DNA of 64,000 nt from Candidatus Heimdallarchaeota archaeon (GCA_030603365.1 JAUVXV010000003.1:160001-224000); one strand, 5' to 3'; shown: positions 39,035 to 50,325, counted from the first letter of the stretch. Numbers and translations are program-made. The notes: a model not told the origin generated them from the sequence alone.

Positions 39035-39130
39035 TTATAACAACGTGTTATGTATTAAAAATATTATTCTATTCTAAAATTTAAAAACGTGGAAATGAAA
39101 TTTATATTTTAATACAATAAATCTTACTAA

Positions 39131-39496
39131 TTACCTAACCATTTCTGTTATCATTTTTCCTAATTTGATAATACTAAATGGTTTTTGGATAAAACTTGTT
39201 ACACCTAATTTTCCAGCTTCTTCTTTGACTGTTGGATCAGCTGTGATAAAAAGAACTTTTGATTTTGCTATTAGCTTATACTCCTTTAATTCTTTCAGAG
39301 TGTCAAGCCCATTTTTTATAGGCATTCGGTGATCAAGAATAATAACATCTGGATATTTTTTGAGATTGTTAATCTCTTCAATAGCTTTAGAACCATTATG
39401 AGCTGTTCCAATAATTTTATGGCCTTCCAATGTTAAACCTTCTTTATAGAGGAATTGAATTGTTTCTTCATCATCTATGATATATATGGTTGCCAT
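39131..39496 (-). CDS. Stand-alone response regulator receiver
   Basis: IIDDE, ILDHRMP..NG, ITA, KPF. Confidence 0.92.
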   Translation of the reverse strand: MATIYIIDDEETIQFLYKEGLTLEGHKIIGTAHNGSKAIEEINNLKKYPDVIILDHRMPIKNGLDTLKELKEYKLIAKSKVLFITADPTVKEEAGKLGVTSFIQKPFSIIKLGKMITEMVR

Positions 39497-39499
39497 TTT

Positions 39500-41389
39500 T
39501 TACCCTCCTGCTGGTAGTAGGATTACTACTACTGTTCCTTTTGTATGATCATCCGATACACGATTCTCAAAGCGTATTTCTCCAGAATACGAGTTTACTA
39601 TAACCCTAGCCAAATACAATCCTAAACCTGAACCTTCTTGGAAGCGATGATCTCCTCTTGATAATCTCTTGAAAAACATAGGTTTAACATCATCTGGTAT
39701 TCCGATACCATAATCAATAAACCTGATTTCAACCATGTTTTGACCATCGACAGTCATAATTTGACAAGAGATATCAATTTTTGGAATTTCTTCATTAGCA
39801 TATTTTACACTATTGTTTATTACATTTTCAAAAACGTTCTCAAGAAGATCCCCAGCGATTACATTTTCATTCTTTTGGCAATCTAACTTAACATTTATTG
39901 ATTTTGGATGAAAAAGCGTTTTTTGCATTTCTATGGCATTTTCAAGAAGTGGTTTAATATACACTAATCTTCGGATTTTTCTTTCTCTTTGAATTTTAGT
40001 TAATTGTTGAACTGTTTGTAAGATTCTCTCACTCCTCTCAACTACACTAATGCTTCTACTAACATATTCCTTGATTTTTTCAGGTTCGATTGTACCTGTG
40101 GCTTGATCCAATAATTCTAAGTACCCATGAACTGAAGTATTAGCATTAAGGAAATCATGTGAGATAATATCTAATAGGACTGAAACAAATTCTCTTTCTT
40201 CTTCGCTTTCAAGATACAGAAAGTGGTGTTCATAGTTGAGAGAAATTTGGCTGCTGAATGCAGTTATTAAGTCGATATCCTCTGGATAGAAAAGATTCTC
40301 AATTGAGGAACTTAGAAGAATAAAACCAGCTGGGAGTTGATTTAGATGAAGTGCTGCTATTACACATGAGCTAGCTTCCGCGCTAATTTCTGATAAGTTG
40401 TCTTGTAAATATAGAACATTCTCTCCTTTTTTAGCAAGATCTTCTAGAACTTCTTGAGGGTTGAAATTTTTTGAGAAAGTACCTTTCTGTGCTAGAGTTT
40501 CTCCATCAAGAAAAACCAGTCCACCATCAGCATAATAAATCTCAATTAAATCATTAACAACGTTCTCCCAAAAGGAAGAAAGGTCCTTATATCTTGAAAA
40601 TAACGCATATTTGTTTAACACAGAAACAGTAAGTGAGAGCTTCTTTGTAGCTTCAATATTTGTAAAGAAACCAACAGAACCTATAGGATTTCCTGCTTGG
40701 TCATTAAGCAAAGACCCCACAACTCTAAAGGTGTTAGGACGACCTTCTCTATTGATCAAGATTAATTCGTAAGAACTTGAAGGGATATCTGCTTCAGTTC
40801 TTTCACGCAAAGTCTTAATATAAACTTCTCTTGAATCAGGATGAAGAAAATCTGTTACAGATTGATTTTGGATTTCATCGAAAGTATAACCTAGAGAAGC
40901 ACACAACCTATCATTTATGAAAACCGTATGGTCATTTATATCATCAACCCAAAAACCTAATTCACTATGTTTTGTAAGTGTATCAAGGATGGAATTAACT
41001 AGTTCAGGAGATTGTTCAAGCAACGGTTCTGCACTGATGTTTACCCCTACTAGCAGACGAGATTCCTTTCCTTCGAAAGTAATGTCAAATGCAGAGATAC
41101 GGGAAATAGCAACAGTACTATCCTTTCGGATAATTCTTATTTGCATAGAAGTTTCAGGTTTTCCTCCAGATTCGAGAATTTTAATCCTCTCTTGGATTAA
41201 TGCGTGATCATCCTTATGAATAAAATCGAAAAAATTGAGTTTTCCTAAGCTACTGTTTGGGTATCCAGTAGATTCAAAGAATGCTTTGTTGGCATAAACT
41301 ATTTTATAGAAGTCTTGAACAACAATAATTGACATAGGAGTTGAATCAAAGAAATTCTCAAATCCAGAAATCGATTGCTTGCCTGACAT
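39500..41389 (-). CDS. Sensor histidine kinase (2 PAS, GAF-like, HisKA, HATPase)
   Basis: SHDFLN, NVINNSVKY, DYGIGI, GSGLGL; cytoplasmic; directly upstream of the receiver gene. Confidence 0.92.
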   Translation of the reverse strand: MSGKQSISGFENFFDSTPMSIIVVQDFYKIVYANKAFFESTGYPNSSLGKLNFFDFIHKDDHALIQERIKILESGGKPETSMQIRIIRKDSTVAISRISAFDITFEGKESRLLVGVNISAEPLLEQSPELVNSILDTLTKHSELGFWVDDINDHTVFINDRLCASLGYTFDEIQNQSVTDFLHPDSREVYIKTLRERTEADIPSSSYELILINREGRPNTFRVVGSLLNDQAGNPIGSVGFFTNIEATKKLSLTVSVLNKYALFSRYKDLSSFWENVVNDLIEIYYADGGLVFLDGETLAQKGTFSKNFNPQEVLEDLAKKGENVLYLQDNLSEISAEASSCVIAALHLNQLPAGFILLSSSIENLFYPEDIDLITAFSSQISLNYEHHFLYLESEEEREFVSVLLDIISHDFLNANTSVHGYLELLDQATGTIEPEKIKEYVSRSISVVERSERILQTVQQLTKIQRERKIRRLVYIKPLLENAIEMQKTLFHPKSINVKLDCQKNENVIAGDLLENVFENVINNSVKYANEEIPKIDISCQIMTVDGQNMVEIRFIDYGIGIPDDVKPMFFKRLSRGDHRFQEGSGLGLYLARVIVNSYSGEIRFENRVSDDHTKGTVVVILLPAGG

Positions 41390-41534
41390 CCTATTAAAAA
41401 GAGGTAAAAATCCAATATAAGTTCTTTGAAAAAGGCTAATAGGAAAAGCTCTAATTGCTTAAAATAACATCTAGAAAATAGAGCACTTCTGTATAAATCA
41501 GAGAAAATAGAAAGAAAAGGAAAAAAAGGGAGTT

Positions 41535-42905
41535 CTAGATTTTTGGTTTGATGAAACCAGTATCCATCAAATTCTTAGATAAATCACGAGCGTATTTGAT
41601 TTTCTCTTGAGCCATCTTGAGAAGTTCATCTTCGTCCATAATAGTACGAGCAACACCTTGTTCGATGGCTTTCATACCAACCTTAGAGGCTTCATAGGGG
41701 AAAATCTCCCAATCGTCCATGGTTGGAATGACATAATCGTCTCGCAAACCATTCTTAATAGCAATATCGGCGATAGCTTGAGCAGCAGCAACACACATCT
41801 CATCAGTGATGGTAGTAGCATTAACATCAAGAGTACCTCTGAAGATACCAGGAAAACCAAGACTGTTGTTGATCTGATTGTCAAAGTCTGACCTACCAGT
41901 TCCAACTACTTTAGCTCCAGCTTCTTTAGCATCCCAGGGCCAGATTTCTGGCAGCGGATTAGCACAAGCAAAGACAATACTGTCAGAAGCCATTCTAGTA
42001 ATCCATTCTTTCTTGACGGTACCAGGTTCAGATTTAGAAGCGGAGATCATAACATCTGCTCCTTCAGTAGCTTCACCAAAGTCACCAGTCTTACCTTCAG
42101 AATTGGTTTTTTGAGCTAAATCATACTTGAAAGTATCATAGTCTTTTTGCTCAATAATGTCAGGTCTGTCAGATGTAATAATACCTTTAGAATCAGCCAT
42201 TGTAATGTTCTTAAGAGGAACACCAGCAGCTTCGAGAACATAAGCAGTTCGAGTGTTAGCTGCACCAACACCTAGCATAGCAACATTGATTTGATCAAGC
42301 TCCTTACCAACATGCTTAGCTGCACCAATAACACCAGCTACAACAACTGAAGCAGTTCCTTGAGCATCATCATGCCACACTGGGATGGTAATTTCAGGAT
42401 CGTTGCGCAAGGTTTCAAGCACTTTGTAACATTTTGGTTTAGAAATGTCTTCTAGATTTATACCACCAAATGAAGGTTGAATTAACTTTACAAATTTGAT
42501 TATTTCTTCAGCACTTGGTCTTGAATCAGGCAATCCAATGCTTAAAGGAACAGCATCAACACCACCTAGATATTTGAACAACAGAGCCTTTCCTTCCATA
42601 ACTGGTTGACCTGCTGCTGGACCTATATCCCCGAGCCCTAGAACACGAGTCCCATCGCTAACGACTGCAATGGTATTAGCACGATTAGTTTGTCTAAATG
42701 ATTCAGCAGGATCTGCTGCTATTGCTCTACAGCTAGCTGCTACTCCAGGTGTATACCAAACTCCAAAAGCTGAAAAATCCCAAATACTGCATTTAGGTAC
42801 AACTTGTATTTTCCCCTTATAGTAAGGGTGCAATTTCAGTGCATCCTCAGCTGGTTTTTTAGCTTTTGCTAATAATTCTTCTTTAGTAAATGTTTCTTTT
42901 GACAT
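41535..42905 (-). CDS. mae: NAD(P)-dependent malic enzyme
   Basis: YTPGVA, DGTRVLGLGDIG, MEGKALLFK, GINLEDI, HDDAQGT, ANPLPEI, FPGIFRG. Confidence 0.95.
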   Translation of the reverse strand: MSKETFTKEELLAKAKKPAEDALKLHPYYKGKIQVVPKCSIWDFSAFGVWYTPGVAASCRAIAADPAESFRQTNRANTIAVVSDGTRVLGLGDIGPAAGQPVMEGKALLFKYLGGVDAVPLSIGLPDSRPSAEEIIKFVKLIQPSFGGINLEDISKPKCYKVLETLRNDPEITIPVWHDDAQGTASVVVAGVIGAAKHVGKELDQINVAMLGVGAANTRTAYVLEAAGVPLKNITMADSKGIITSDRPDIIEQKDYDTFKYDLAQKTNSEGKTGDFGEATEGADVMISASKSEPGTVKKEWITRMASDSIVFACANPLPEIWPWDAKEAGAKVVGTGRSDFDNQINNSLGFPGIFRGTLDVNATTITDEMCVAAAQAIADIAIKNGLRDDYVIPTMDDWEIFPYEASKVGMKAIEQGVARTIMDEDELLKMAQEKIKYARDLSKNLMDTGFIKPKI

Positions 42906-43255
42906 AATTATTCACCTATTTATAATAGGATACTAACAAGAAGTTTTATTTTCCTTTAATTAAAGCTTTATCTATGTCAATTTATAACAACATATATACT
43001 CTTTACTACAATAACCATCTGCTTAGTGTTATTGTGAATATAAGAAAATAAGAGAAGAGAGTTTCTCTTCTTAAGGATTAAATTTGACTCTTCTTAGTTT
43101 TAAACGAACTATAACACTAGCTAATGTTTAGAGCTAGAATTGTTTTTGCTAATATATAGATTAAATCCTTGTTTGACCAACATCTCCCGGTGGATCTATA
43201 TGAAATTCTATCATTCTTAAGCAAAAGTTTTAATCTAGTTGTGTTTAGGATATTC

Positions 43256-45238
43256 TTGGTGCACAGTATACCTCCAACAATCCAAGAAGAGCTAGAAAGA
43301 CTACAATTAGTTGCTATTACTGGTAATTTTTTTGATTCATCAGAAGAGTTAAACACACTATTGGAGAGAAAAGAAATATCTTTTGAAGAAAAACTAAAAG
43401 TGAAATTATTTCAAAGTGAATTAATTGGAGGTTTAACCTCAATAGAACTAGACGAATATACTTACGAGGATGGATTGAAATTAGCAGAGGAAGTTGTGGA
43501 AAATATTGGAGAAATTGAAGATAAGTATCTGAAAGTTGATTCTCTCTTGATGCTAGGATATAGTCACTTTTATTTGAATAATTGGCAAAAAACAATGGAA
43601 ATGTTTGAACGATATAGTCCATTATTCAATGAACTTGAACCAACCAACAACATATTTTATATTAGACTAAAAGCAAAAAATTACATCTATGAAAGTATGA
43701 TACCTTTTCTACAGACCTATGTTGGGAAGATTGCTACAGAAGAAGAAAAAATAAAGGGTTTTCAGCTAATACAAGAGGGGGAAAAATTCTGTGAGAAAAA
43801 CAATCTGAAAGTCTATCAGATATCTTGTCTAAATAATATTTCAACTATCCAATACTGGTTAGGAGATTTAGAAGGTTCTTTGAAAACAAAACTAAAACTT
43901 GTTGAGACTGCAAAAAGTGTTGGAAATAAACTATACTATGCTTTTACTTTGAATATTCTAGCTGAAGCTTATTCTTCCATGAATGATTACAAGAAATCCT
44001 ATGACTTGCATAAAGAGAGATTGGTAATTGTTGAAGAATTAGGAATCAAATCAATGATAGCTAAATCTTACAGGAATATTGGATCATACAGCTTGACAAT
44101 TGGTGATTTTGATGAGGCTTTAGATTATTATTATCGTAGTCTAAAAATCTATCAAGATTTAGAAAACATTATTGGTGTTGCTTTTACTCAACAATATTGT
44201 GGATATGCTTTTTTTCTAAAAGGAAACTTTGAGAAAGCTCTAGAATACTATGACCAAGCTTTTCCTGTTTTGGAAGAAAAAAAACCTCAAAGTTGGCGGA
44301 TTATACTTTCAGATATAGCTTCTATTCTCATGCAAATAGGAGAATTAGACAAAGCTCTTGAATATCTTGAAAAATTAATGACGATTAATAAAGGTCTGCA
44401 GGATCAACATGGAATCTCTTTAGTACTCTCAGAGCAAGGAAAGATTTATTGGCAGAAAGGAATGAAAGAACAAGGATTAGATCTTATAGAAAGAAGTTTA
44501 GAAATTAGAAGAAAAATTGGTGATAAGGCTCGGGAAGCTGCAAGTTTATCATATTTGATTCAATTCAATATTGAGCTGAATAACGTTGAGGTGGCAAAGA
44601 AATACTTCAAAGATTTAGATTTGATAAACAAAGAAATAAGCAACATACATGTTAATCAATATCATAAATTTTCTGAAGCTCTTATCCTTAAGACAAGTGC
44701 TAATAATCGTGATAGGATTAAAGCTGAACTATTATTTGAGCAACTAATTGAAGAAGAAGCCAGTTATCCAGTTTTAGTTCAAGTGTTGCTTCATTTATGT
44801 GAATTACTTCTGGTTGATATGCGAAAAACTAGCAATACTGATTTACTCGAGAAAATTAACAAATATGTTGATATGCTTCAAGATTTATCAGATAAGAATA
44901 ATTCCCATATCCTTCTTGTTGAAACTCTGGGATTAAGAGCTCAGTTATCACTGCTGGAATTTGATGTAGAAACTGCAAGGTCTATTTTGCTCAAAGCACA
45001 GACAATAGCTCAAGAAAATGGTTTAGATGGATTTGTTCTAGACTTATTAAAGCAACAAGAAGACTTAACCAAACAGTCTATAAAACTTAGGGAACTAGAA
45101 CAAACCCAATCACCCATTTCCTCTAGAATGTCAGTGGTTAAGCTGGAAGATACTGTAGTTAATATACAAAAAGCTAGTTTAGCTAAAACAGTCTCAAGAG
45201 AAGAAGTTTCTAAGAAACTACTTTCTATACAAATATAG
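43256..45238 (+). CDS. Tetratricopeptide repeat protein
   Basis: Repeated G.x.x.A.L.Y/Y..SL TPR units; start likely TTG 43256 or GTG 43259 (ORF track 43169). Confidence 0.85.
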   Translation: MVHSIPPTIQEELERLQLVAITGNFFDSSEELNTLLERKEISFEEKLKVKLFQSELIGGLTSIELDEYTYEDGLKLAEEVVENIGEIEDKYLKVDSLLMLGYSHFYLNNWQKTMEMFERYSPLFNELEPTNNIFYIRLKAKNYIYESMIPFLQTYVGKIATEEEKIKGFQLIQEGEKFCEKNNLKVYQISCLNNISTIQYWLGDLEGSLKTKLKLVETAKSVGNKLYYAFTLNILAEAYSSMNDYKKSYDLHKERLVIVEELGIKSMIAKSYRNIGSYSLTIGDFDEALDYYYRSLKIYQDLENIIGVAFTQQYCGYAFFLKGNFEKALEYYDQAFPVLEEKKPQSWRIILSDIASILMQIGELDKALEYLEKLMTINKGLQDQHGISLVLSEQGKIYWQKGMKEQGLDLIERSLEIRRKIGDKAREAASLSYLIQFNIELNNVEVAKKYFKDLDLINKEISNIHVNQYHKFSEALILKTSANNRDRIKAELLFEQLIEEEASYPVLVQVLLHLCELLLVDMRKTSNTDLLEKINKYVDMLQDLSDKNNSHILLVETLGLRAQLSLLEFDVETARSILLKAQTIAQENGLDGFVLDLLKQQEDLTKQSIKLRELEQTQSPISSRMSVVKLEDTVVNIQKASLAKTVSREEVSKKLLSIQI

Positions 45239-45342
45239 TAAATGATTATCTGTAGATATTCACGCATTCATTTTTTCTGGAATACTGGAATGCTCCTGTT
45301 CATCGACTAATGCATATATTAAGCAAAAAGTCCGTATAGCTC

Positions 45343-45615
45343 ATGACAGCAATAATGAAGAAAGAAAATCTGAAAAATAGATTACTAAAGGAATATCATT
45401 CTCTGAAAAACTTCATGAACTTTAGCTCTACTGATGAAGAATCCATTATCTCTCTATTGGAACATTTAGCTGAAAATCTGTTTTACACTGAAAACTCATC
45501 ATGTTATCGAAAGAATCTGAAAAACTACAATAACTATCAAATTAAGAATGATCTAAAACAGGAAAGGAATAGTGCTCTCTATACTCTTGTATTACACAAA
45601 GGTTTGTTTTTCTAA
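45343..45615 (+). CDS. Hypothetical protein
   Basis: 90-aa ATG ORF with an upstream TATA-like element and a downstream T tract. Confidence 0.5.
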   Translation: MTAIMKKENLKNRLLKEYHSLKNFMNFSSTDEESIISLLEHLAENLFYTENSSCYRKNLKNYNNYQIKNDLKQERNSALYTLVLHKGLFF

Positions 45616-45705
45616 TTTTTTCTTTTTTTTCTCAAAAAAGCACTTACAATCTTTATACTCTAACCATTATAGAGGAAAGAAAACTGGAAGTCTGGAGATT
45701 CCAGA

Positions 45706-46905
45706 TCAATTCTTTGCTTTCTTGTTCCTAAGACGTTTATGAAGAACAACTAGAAGGATAATTGAAGGTATAAACATTACGAATTCATATTTTATTCTTT
45801 CCAGTATTTCATTCAATGGATACGGATCAGTAGCTTGAGCATCGCCATCTATTGGATAAGGTTTTTTACTATTCCATTCAGACCAGTAGTTCCCTTCCTC
45901 TGTTTCTTCTTCATACCAGGTATTGTTTATTTCATCATCTTTCGCTTGCGATGTACCATCAAGATTATTGTCAATGAAAGAGTTATGATGAATGATGTTG
46001 TTATCAGCCCAAGCATTTAAAGAAATGCCATATTCTCCGTTTTCTTGCAAAAAGTTATAGGTAAGAAGACAATAATCAGAAGACCATAAACTAATCCCCA
46101 GGTCATTGTTTTTGCAGGTATTTTCAGTCAAAGTAGTAGTAAAGGAATCACTCTGATAGATACCGTACCTTTCGTTATTATTACAAATATTATTCATTAT
46201 TGTTGCACTGGAGGATTGCCACAACCAGATGCCATCACTGTTGTTACTACATGTATTATTTGTTACTGTCACCCCAGAGGAAGTATACAGATTGATACCA
46301 TATAATCCGTTATCATTACAAATGTTCTTGGTTACTGTTGCACTAGAAGAGGAACCACTTAGTATGATACCATCAAAGCTGTTATCATTGCAAATGTTCT
46401 TGGTTACTGTTGCACTAGAAGAATGGCGTAACCAGATGCCATTACTGTTGTTACTACAAGTATTATTTGCTATCGTCGCTCCAGAGGAATAGTATAGATC
46501 GATACCAGACCTGTTGTTGTTATTACAAGTGTTTTCTATTATGGCAGTCGTTCCTTCAGCAGTATTGTTAATGACAATACCGCTATAATCTGAATCTACA
46601 TAGCAGTTACGAATAACGAAAAATTTAGTTGTATCATTAATAGTGATACCTTTGTCATTAGAGGTAGTTATATTAAAATTTTCAATAATGTATGGTTCTT
46701 CAATTGTTCCTGAACCAGAGAAACCATAATCGCTAAAATTCCCATCATGAGTAATTACTATCGGTTCATGTGGTACTAGAGCTAGAATTGTAGGTTCTTT
46801 GATATGTTCCTGCTTAATTCTAGTGTTTCTTCCTTCTATTTGCACAGTAAATGATGAAAGAAGTATTCCGATAGCAATTATTCCTATGATCATGCTTTTT
46901 TTCAT
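45706..46905 (-). CDS. Secreted NosD/CASH right-handed beta-helix protein with C-terminal TM anchor
   Basis: GSGTIEEPYIIEN, repeated GI.L..SS..T..NN.C..N coils, GNYWS, DPYPL, TM plus basic tail. Confidence 0.88.
   Translation of the reverse strand: MKKSMIIGIIAIGILLSSFTVQIEGRNTRIKQEHIKEPTILALVPHEPIVITHDGNFSDYGFSGSGTIEEPYIIENFNITTSNDKGITINDTTKFFVIRNCYVDSDYSGIVINNTAEGTTAIIENTCNNNNRSGIDLYYSSGATIANNTCSNNSNGIWLRHSSSATVTKNICNDNSFDGIILSGSSSSATVTKNICNDNGLYGINLYTSSGVTVTNNTCSNNSDGIWLWQSSSATIMNNICNNNERYGIYQSDSFTTTLTENTCKNNDLGISLWSSDYCLLTYNFLQENGEYGISLNAWADNNIIHHNSFIDNNLDGTSQAKDDEINNTWYEEETEEGNYWSEWNSKKPYPIDGDAQATDPYPLNEILERIKYEFVMFIPSIILLVVLHKRLRNKKAKN
46319..46422. repeat. 32-bp direct repeat between adjacent beta-helix coils
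   Basis: caaatgttcttggttactgttgcactagaaga at 46319-46350 and 46391-46422 (offset 72 nt). Confidence 0.85.
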
Positions 46906-47045
46906 TTCTTTTCCCTAAAGATGTACAAATCAATCTATACTAATAAGTATACCGGGAATGAGATTTGAATTTTAAGCTATCTTTCTTCTTTGTTGTTTTT
47001 TACACATTTATCCCTTACTAATAACCTCTTTTACATAAAAAAAAG

Positions 47046-48383
47046 CTAGAACATTTTGTATGACTCTAAAGTGACCTTAATTGAATGATTATATAGTTTT
47101 TTGCAGAAAGCTTCAGCTAATATCGGTTTATCTATAATCCTTCCGAAGGTTATGCTCATCTTATCCTTGAAGCTTACAACACCAATTCTTACCTTGTTTA
47201 CTGGACTAGGACCAACTATTATATCAAAGTGTTCTATATGCTTTTCAAAATCTCTTGGAAGTTTTTGTAATCCTAAATTAGATAGTATTCCTCCATATTT
47301 CGGCGTTCGAACAAAATAATATCCATGTCTTGCAAAGAAACGTTTTACCTGAAAAGGAGTAATTTTCATAATTGGCGAACTGAGATTACGAATGTTTTGT
47401 GCAATTTTTTGTTGAAATCTTTCCGGTTTTACATCCTCTCGCAATTGGTCTTCAACAATACCAATTATTTTCTTAAAATCAAGTTGCTCTTTCCTAGGAT
47501 CTATATTTAGAGTTGTAAGTAGTGAGAATATTCTCATGGTTTTTGAGGGGAAGATTCTTCTCAGATCTACTGAGATATTGATACGAATAGGTTTAATTTT
47601 CTTTTTAATATTGTATAAATTCTGCTGAATCTCTCTTAATGAATCTAAGTAAACAGCTGTCAGAAAAACGGATATTGAGATATTGTATTCTTTTGCCTTC
47701 TTTCTGATTTCTTCAACAGAAATAATAGCTCTGGTTATGTGAAAAACACCAGTTTTCACTGTTTTAAGAGGAATATTGAAGCTTTTTCCTTTATGTTTCA
47801 AGGGTTTTTCCTTCATTTTTTTGATATAGTTCAAATCAAAAGCATTTTCAAATTCCTCATTTATTATTTCATCATCTGGACAAAAGAGTTTTCCCCAGTC
47901 ACAGTTATTGTTGAGTTTTAATTTTAGGTATGAAGAGATTATTGATTTGAAAAAGGTCATAGAACCTGTACCATCTGTTAAAGCATGATGAAATTCAATT
48001 GCAAGACGTTTTTGATTTACAAAGATTCTGTAAAGAAGTCTGTTCTTGCCCAAAGGAATGTATTGGTTAGTATATTGCACTTCTGGTAATATTTCAGGTG
48101 TAGAAAGATTAGTTACCCATTTTCCCCAAAAGAATCCTTTGTTGATACTAGCTCTAAAGAAAGGAAAACGAGGAAGAATCTCGATAATTGCTTGTTTGAG
48201 AATTTGTTTATCAATTTCTTCTTTGAAATCCACTGATAATCTATAAACAACAGGTACTCTCTTATTGGCAAGCAAACTGAAACCTGTTGCAGCATTGTCT
48301 AGTTTGAACTTACTTTTTGCAGTGGATTCAACACCCAATGTGATATTCACAGGTTCCTGACCTTTGACAACTAGTTCACTCAT
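47046..48383 (-). CDS. CoA-dependent acyltransferase (condensation/alcohol acetyltransferase-like)
   Basis: HHxxxDG motif (FHHALTDG), VDLRR, SNLG. Confidence 0.8.
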   Translation of the reverse strand: MSELVVKGQEPVNITLGVESTAKSKFKLDNAATGFSLLANKRVPVVYRLSVDFKEEIDKQILKQAIIEILPRFPFFRASINKGFFWGKWVTNLSTPEILPEVQYTNQYIPLGKNRLLYRIFVNQKRLAIEFHHALTDGTGSMTFFKSIISSYLKLKLNNNCDWGKLFCPDDEIINEEFENAFDLNYIKKMKEKPLKHKGKSFNIPLKTVKTGVFHITRAIISVEEIRKKAKEYNISISVFLTAVYLDSLREIQQNLYNIKKKIKPIRINISVDLRRIFPSKTMRIFSLLTTLNIDPRKEQLDFKKIIGIVEDQLREDVKPERFQQKIAQNIRNLSSPIMKITPFQVKRFFARHGYYFVRTPKYGGILSNLGLQKLPRDFEKHIEHFDIIVGPSPVNKVRIGVVSFKDKMSITFGRIIDKPILAEAFCKKLYNHSIKVTLESYKMF

Positions 48384-48472
48384 TTAACCTCTTGATTCCA
48401 ATTAAACTATGCTACATTGATTTTTATTATATTGCTAGAAACGATTATAAGTGTCAAAGGTTCTCAACTCGC

Positions 48473-49366
48473 ATGTCAGAATATGAAATCAAACCATATG
48501 ATGAATCGTATATTGAAAAACAAGTTGAAATTGGAAACTATTTTGCTGAGAAATGGATAGCTTATGGTCAATCCTCTGTAGAACAAGTTAAAGCGAACTA
48601 TGCAAGAGACACCTTCGATTCTGAAACAAGACTTTATTGTTTCAAAGGAGAGGAGATGGTTGGATTTATTGGTGCAAATATTGTTGATGTTGAGGAGGAA
48701 AAAATCAAGAGAGCTCAAACACGTTTAGCTTTTGTCCTTCCAGGAAATGAGGGGGCATTTAGTTTATTGTATGATCAGTTACTAGAAGTTCTTAAAAAGA
48801 AAGGGGTAAATGAAATCGAGACTCCACAAACTGTTCTGAATGACAATTATTACGAATTAGCAGAAAAACTAGGTTTTTCCAAAACACGTACAATTACAGA
48901 AATTTTCTTGGGTGATCCTGCAAAAGCTATACCATTTGAGACAGAATATCCTTTACTAGATTATAATCATGAAACTGATGAAGAACAAATAAAGAAACAA
49001 CTTGGTGAAACATATCCAAATCTAGAGGGAGAAGTGTTAGATAATTATGTCAACAGAATGGCTGAAAACGAGAATCTTCTCAGCTATCGAGTTATCAAGA
49101 AGGATGAGGAAATTATCGCTTATTGTGCATCTACATCAACACAAACAGCAAAAATGGCTCAAGTCTCTCTATTAATCGGTAAAAGTTCTGATTTGAAGAA
49201 ACATCTAGTTTCCGATGCCCTATCAGTAATGAAAGAAAAGGGATTCAATCAAGTAGTTGTTTATCTTAATCCAGAAACACCTGTTGAGAAAGAGGAATCC
49301 GAAGATTTCATTGCTATTGGTTTTGAAAGCGTTGCTAAATACGATATTCTAACCAAAAAGTTGTAA
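48473..49366 (+). CDS. Tandem GNAT-like hypothetical protein
   Basis: Two similar halves ending in LKKKG...LGF and MKEKG...IGF; likely ATG at 48473. Confidence 0.6.
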   Translation: MSEYEIKPYDESYIEKQVEIGNYFAEKWIAYGQSSVEQVKANYARDTFDSETRLYCFKGEEMVGFIGANIVDVEEEKIKRAQTRLAFVLPGNEGAFSLLYDQLLEVLKKKGVNEIETPQTVLNDNYYELAEKLGFSKTRTITEIFLGDPAKAIPFETEYPLLDYNHETDEEQIKKQLGETYPNLEGEVLDNYVNRMAENENLLSYRVIKKDEEIIAYCASTSTQTAKMAQVSLLIGKSSDLKKHLVSDALSVMKEKGFNQVVVYLNPETPVEKEESEDFIAIGFESVAKYDILTKKL

Positions 49367-49380
49367 AAATATTAATGGAG

Positions 49381-50325
49381 TTAAAGGTTATACTTAACTC
49401 CAGTTAATTCCTCGGAAACTTCCCAAAATTGTTTTCCTATTTTTTCATTTCTTGATCTTTTATTAGAGGGTTTTACAATTGGATACCCTTTTAAGTGCAA
49501 GAATTTTTCTGGACTGTAATATTCTCCTCCCTTTGCATCTGGATCAAAAGCGGCTCTTAATTGAGGTAAAACCCCCATATCAACAGTTTGTGAGAAGAAG
49601 ATGTTCATAAAATTCCAGAACCTTATCTGACCCTTGGATTCATCTATCGCTCCACCGGCTGTTTGTAAGTTGGTTCTAGTCCAACCAGGATGGGCAACAA
49701 TACTCAAGACCTGACTACCTTTTTCTTCTAATCTTCTATTTAATTCATAACCAAAATATAGGCTAGCTATCTTACTATTACTATAAGCGCTAAGTTTGTT
49801 GTATCGTCCTTTCTCACTGTTCAGATTCTTGAAATTGATTTTACCAAATCTGTGTCCCATACTCGCTATAGATACAACTCTAGAATTCTCTGTTTTTTCT
49901 AGAAAATTCATCAGTAATCCAGTTAGCGCAAAATGACCAAAGTGGTTAGCTGCCATGTGCAGTTCAAAACCATCTTCAGTTGTAACTTTAGGAGCAAACA
50001 TTACTCCTGCATTATTAAAGAGAATATCCAGCTTGTCATGTTTTCTTATAAATTCCTTGACAAATTCTTTTACAGATGATTGTTTGGACAAATCAATTTG
50101 CATGATTTCAAGTGATGCTTTGGGATTTTCCTTTAATATCTCTGATTTTGCTTTATCTGCTTTTTCGAGGTTTCTGCATGCCATAACAATGTGAGGTTTT
50201 TTACTAGCTAATACTCGAGTGATTTCATATCCCAAACCACTATTAGCTCCTGTAATTATTATTATTTTTCCAGATAAATCAGGAATATTCTCTGCTGTCC
50301 ATCTCTCTTTGTTCTTTCTAATCAT
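49381..50325 (-). CDS. SDR oxidoreductase (retinol dehydrogenase/WWOX-like)
   Basis: TGANSGLG, NNAG, NHFGHF, YSNSK, HPG. Confidence 0.92.
   Translation of the reverse strand: MIRKNKERWTAENIPDLSGKIIIITGANSGLGYEITRVLASKKPHIVMACRNLEKADKAKSEILKENPKASLEIMQIDLSKQSSVKEFVKEFIRKHDKLDILFNNAGVMFAPKVTTEDGFELHMAANHFGHFALTGLLMNFLEKTENSRVVSIASMGHRFGKINFKNLNSEKGRYNKLSAYSNSKIASLYFGYELNRRLEEKGSQVLSIVAHPGWTRTNLQTAGGAIDESKGQIRFWNFMNIFFSQTVDMGVLPQLRAAFDPDAKGGEYYSPEKFLHLKGYPIVKPSNKRSRNEKIGKQFWEVSEELTGVKYNL

Noticed and set aside
41535-42905. Higher GC and C-ending codons in the malic enzyme gene as a sign of horizontal transfer
   Set aside because: Equally explained by codon bias of a highly expressed gene; no mobility signatures.
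43053-43071. AGAAGAGA-gtt-TCTCTTCT inverted repeat between the malic enzyme and TPR genes
   Set aside because: A single low-complexity purine/pyrimidine palindrome with no second copy, so no function can be assigned.
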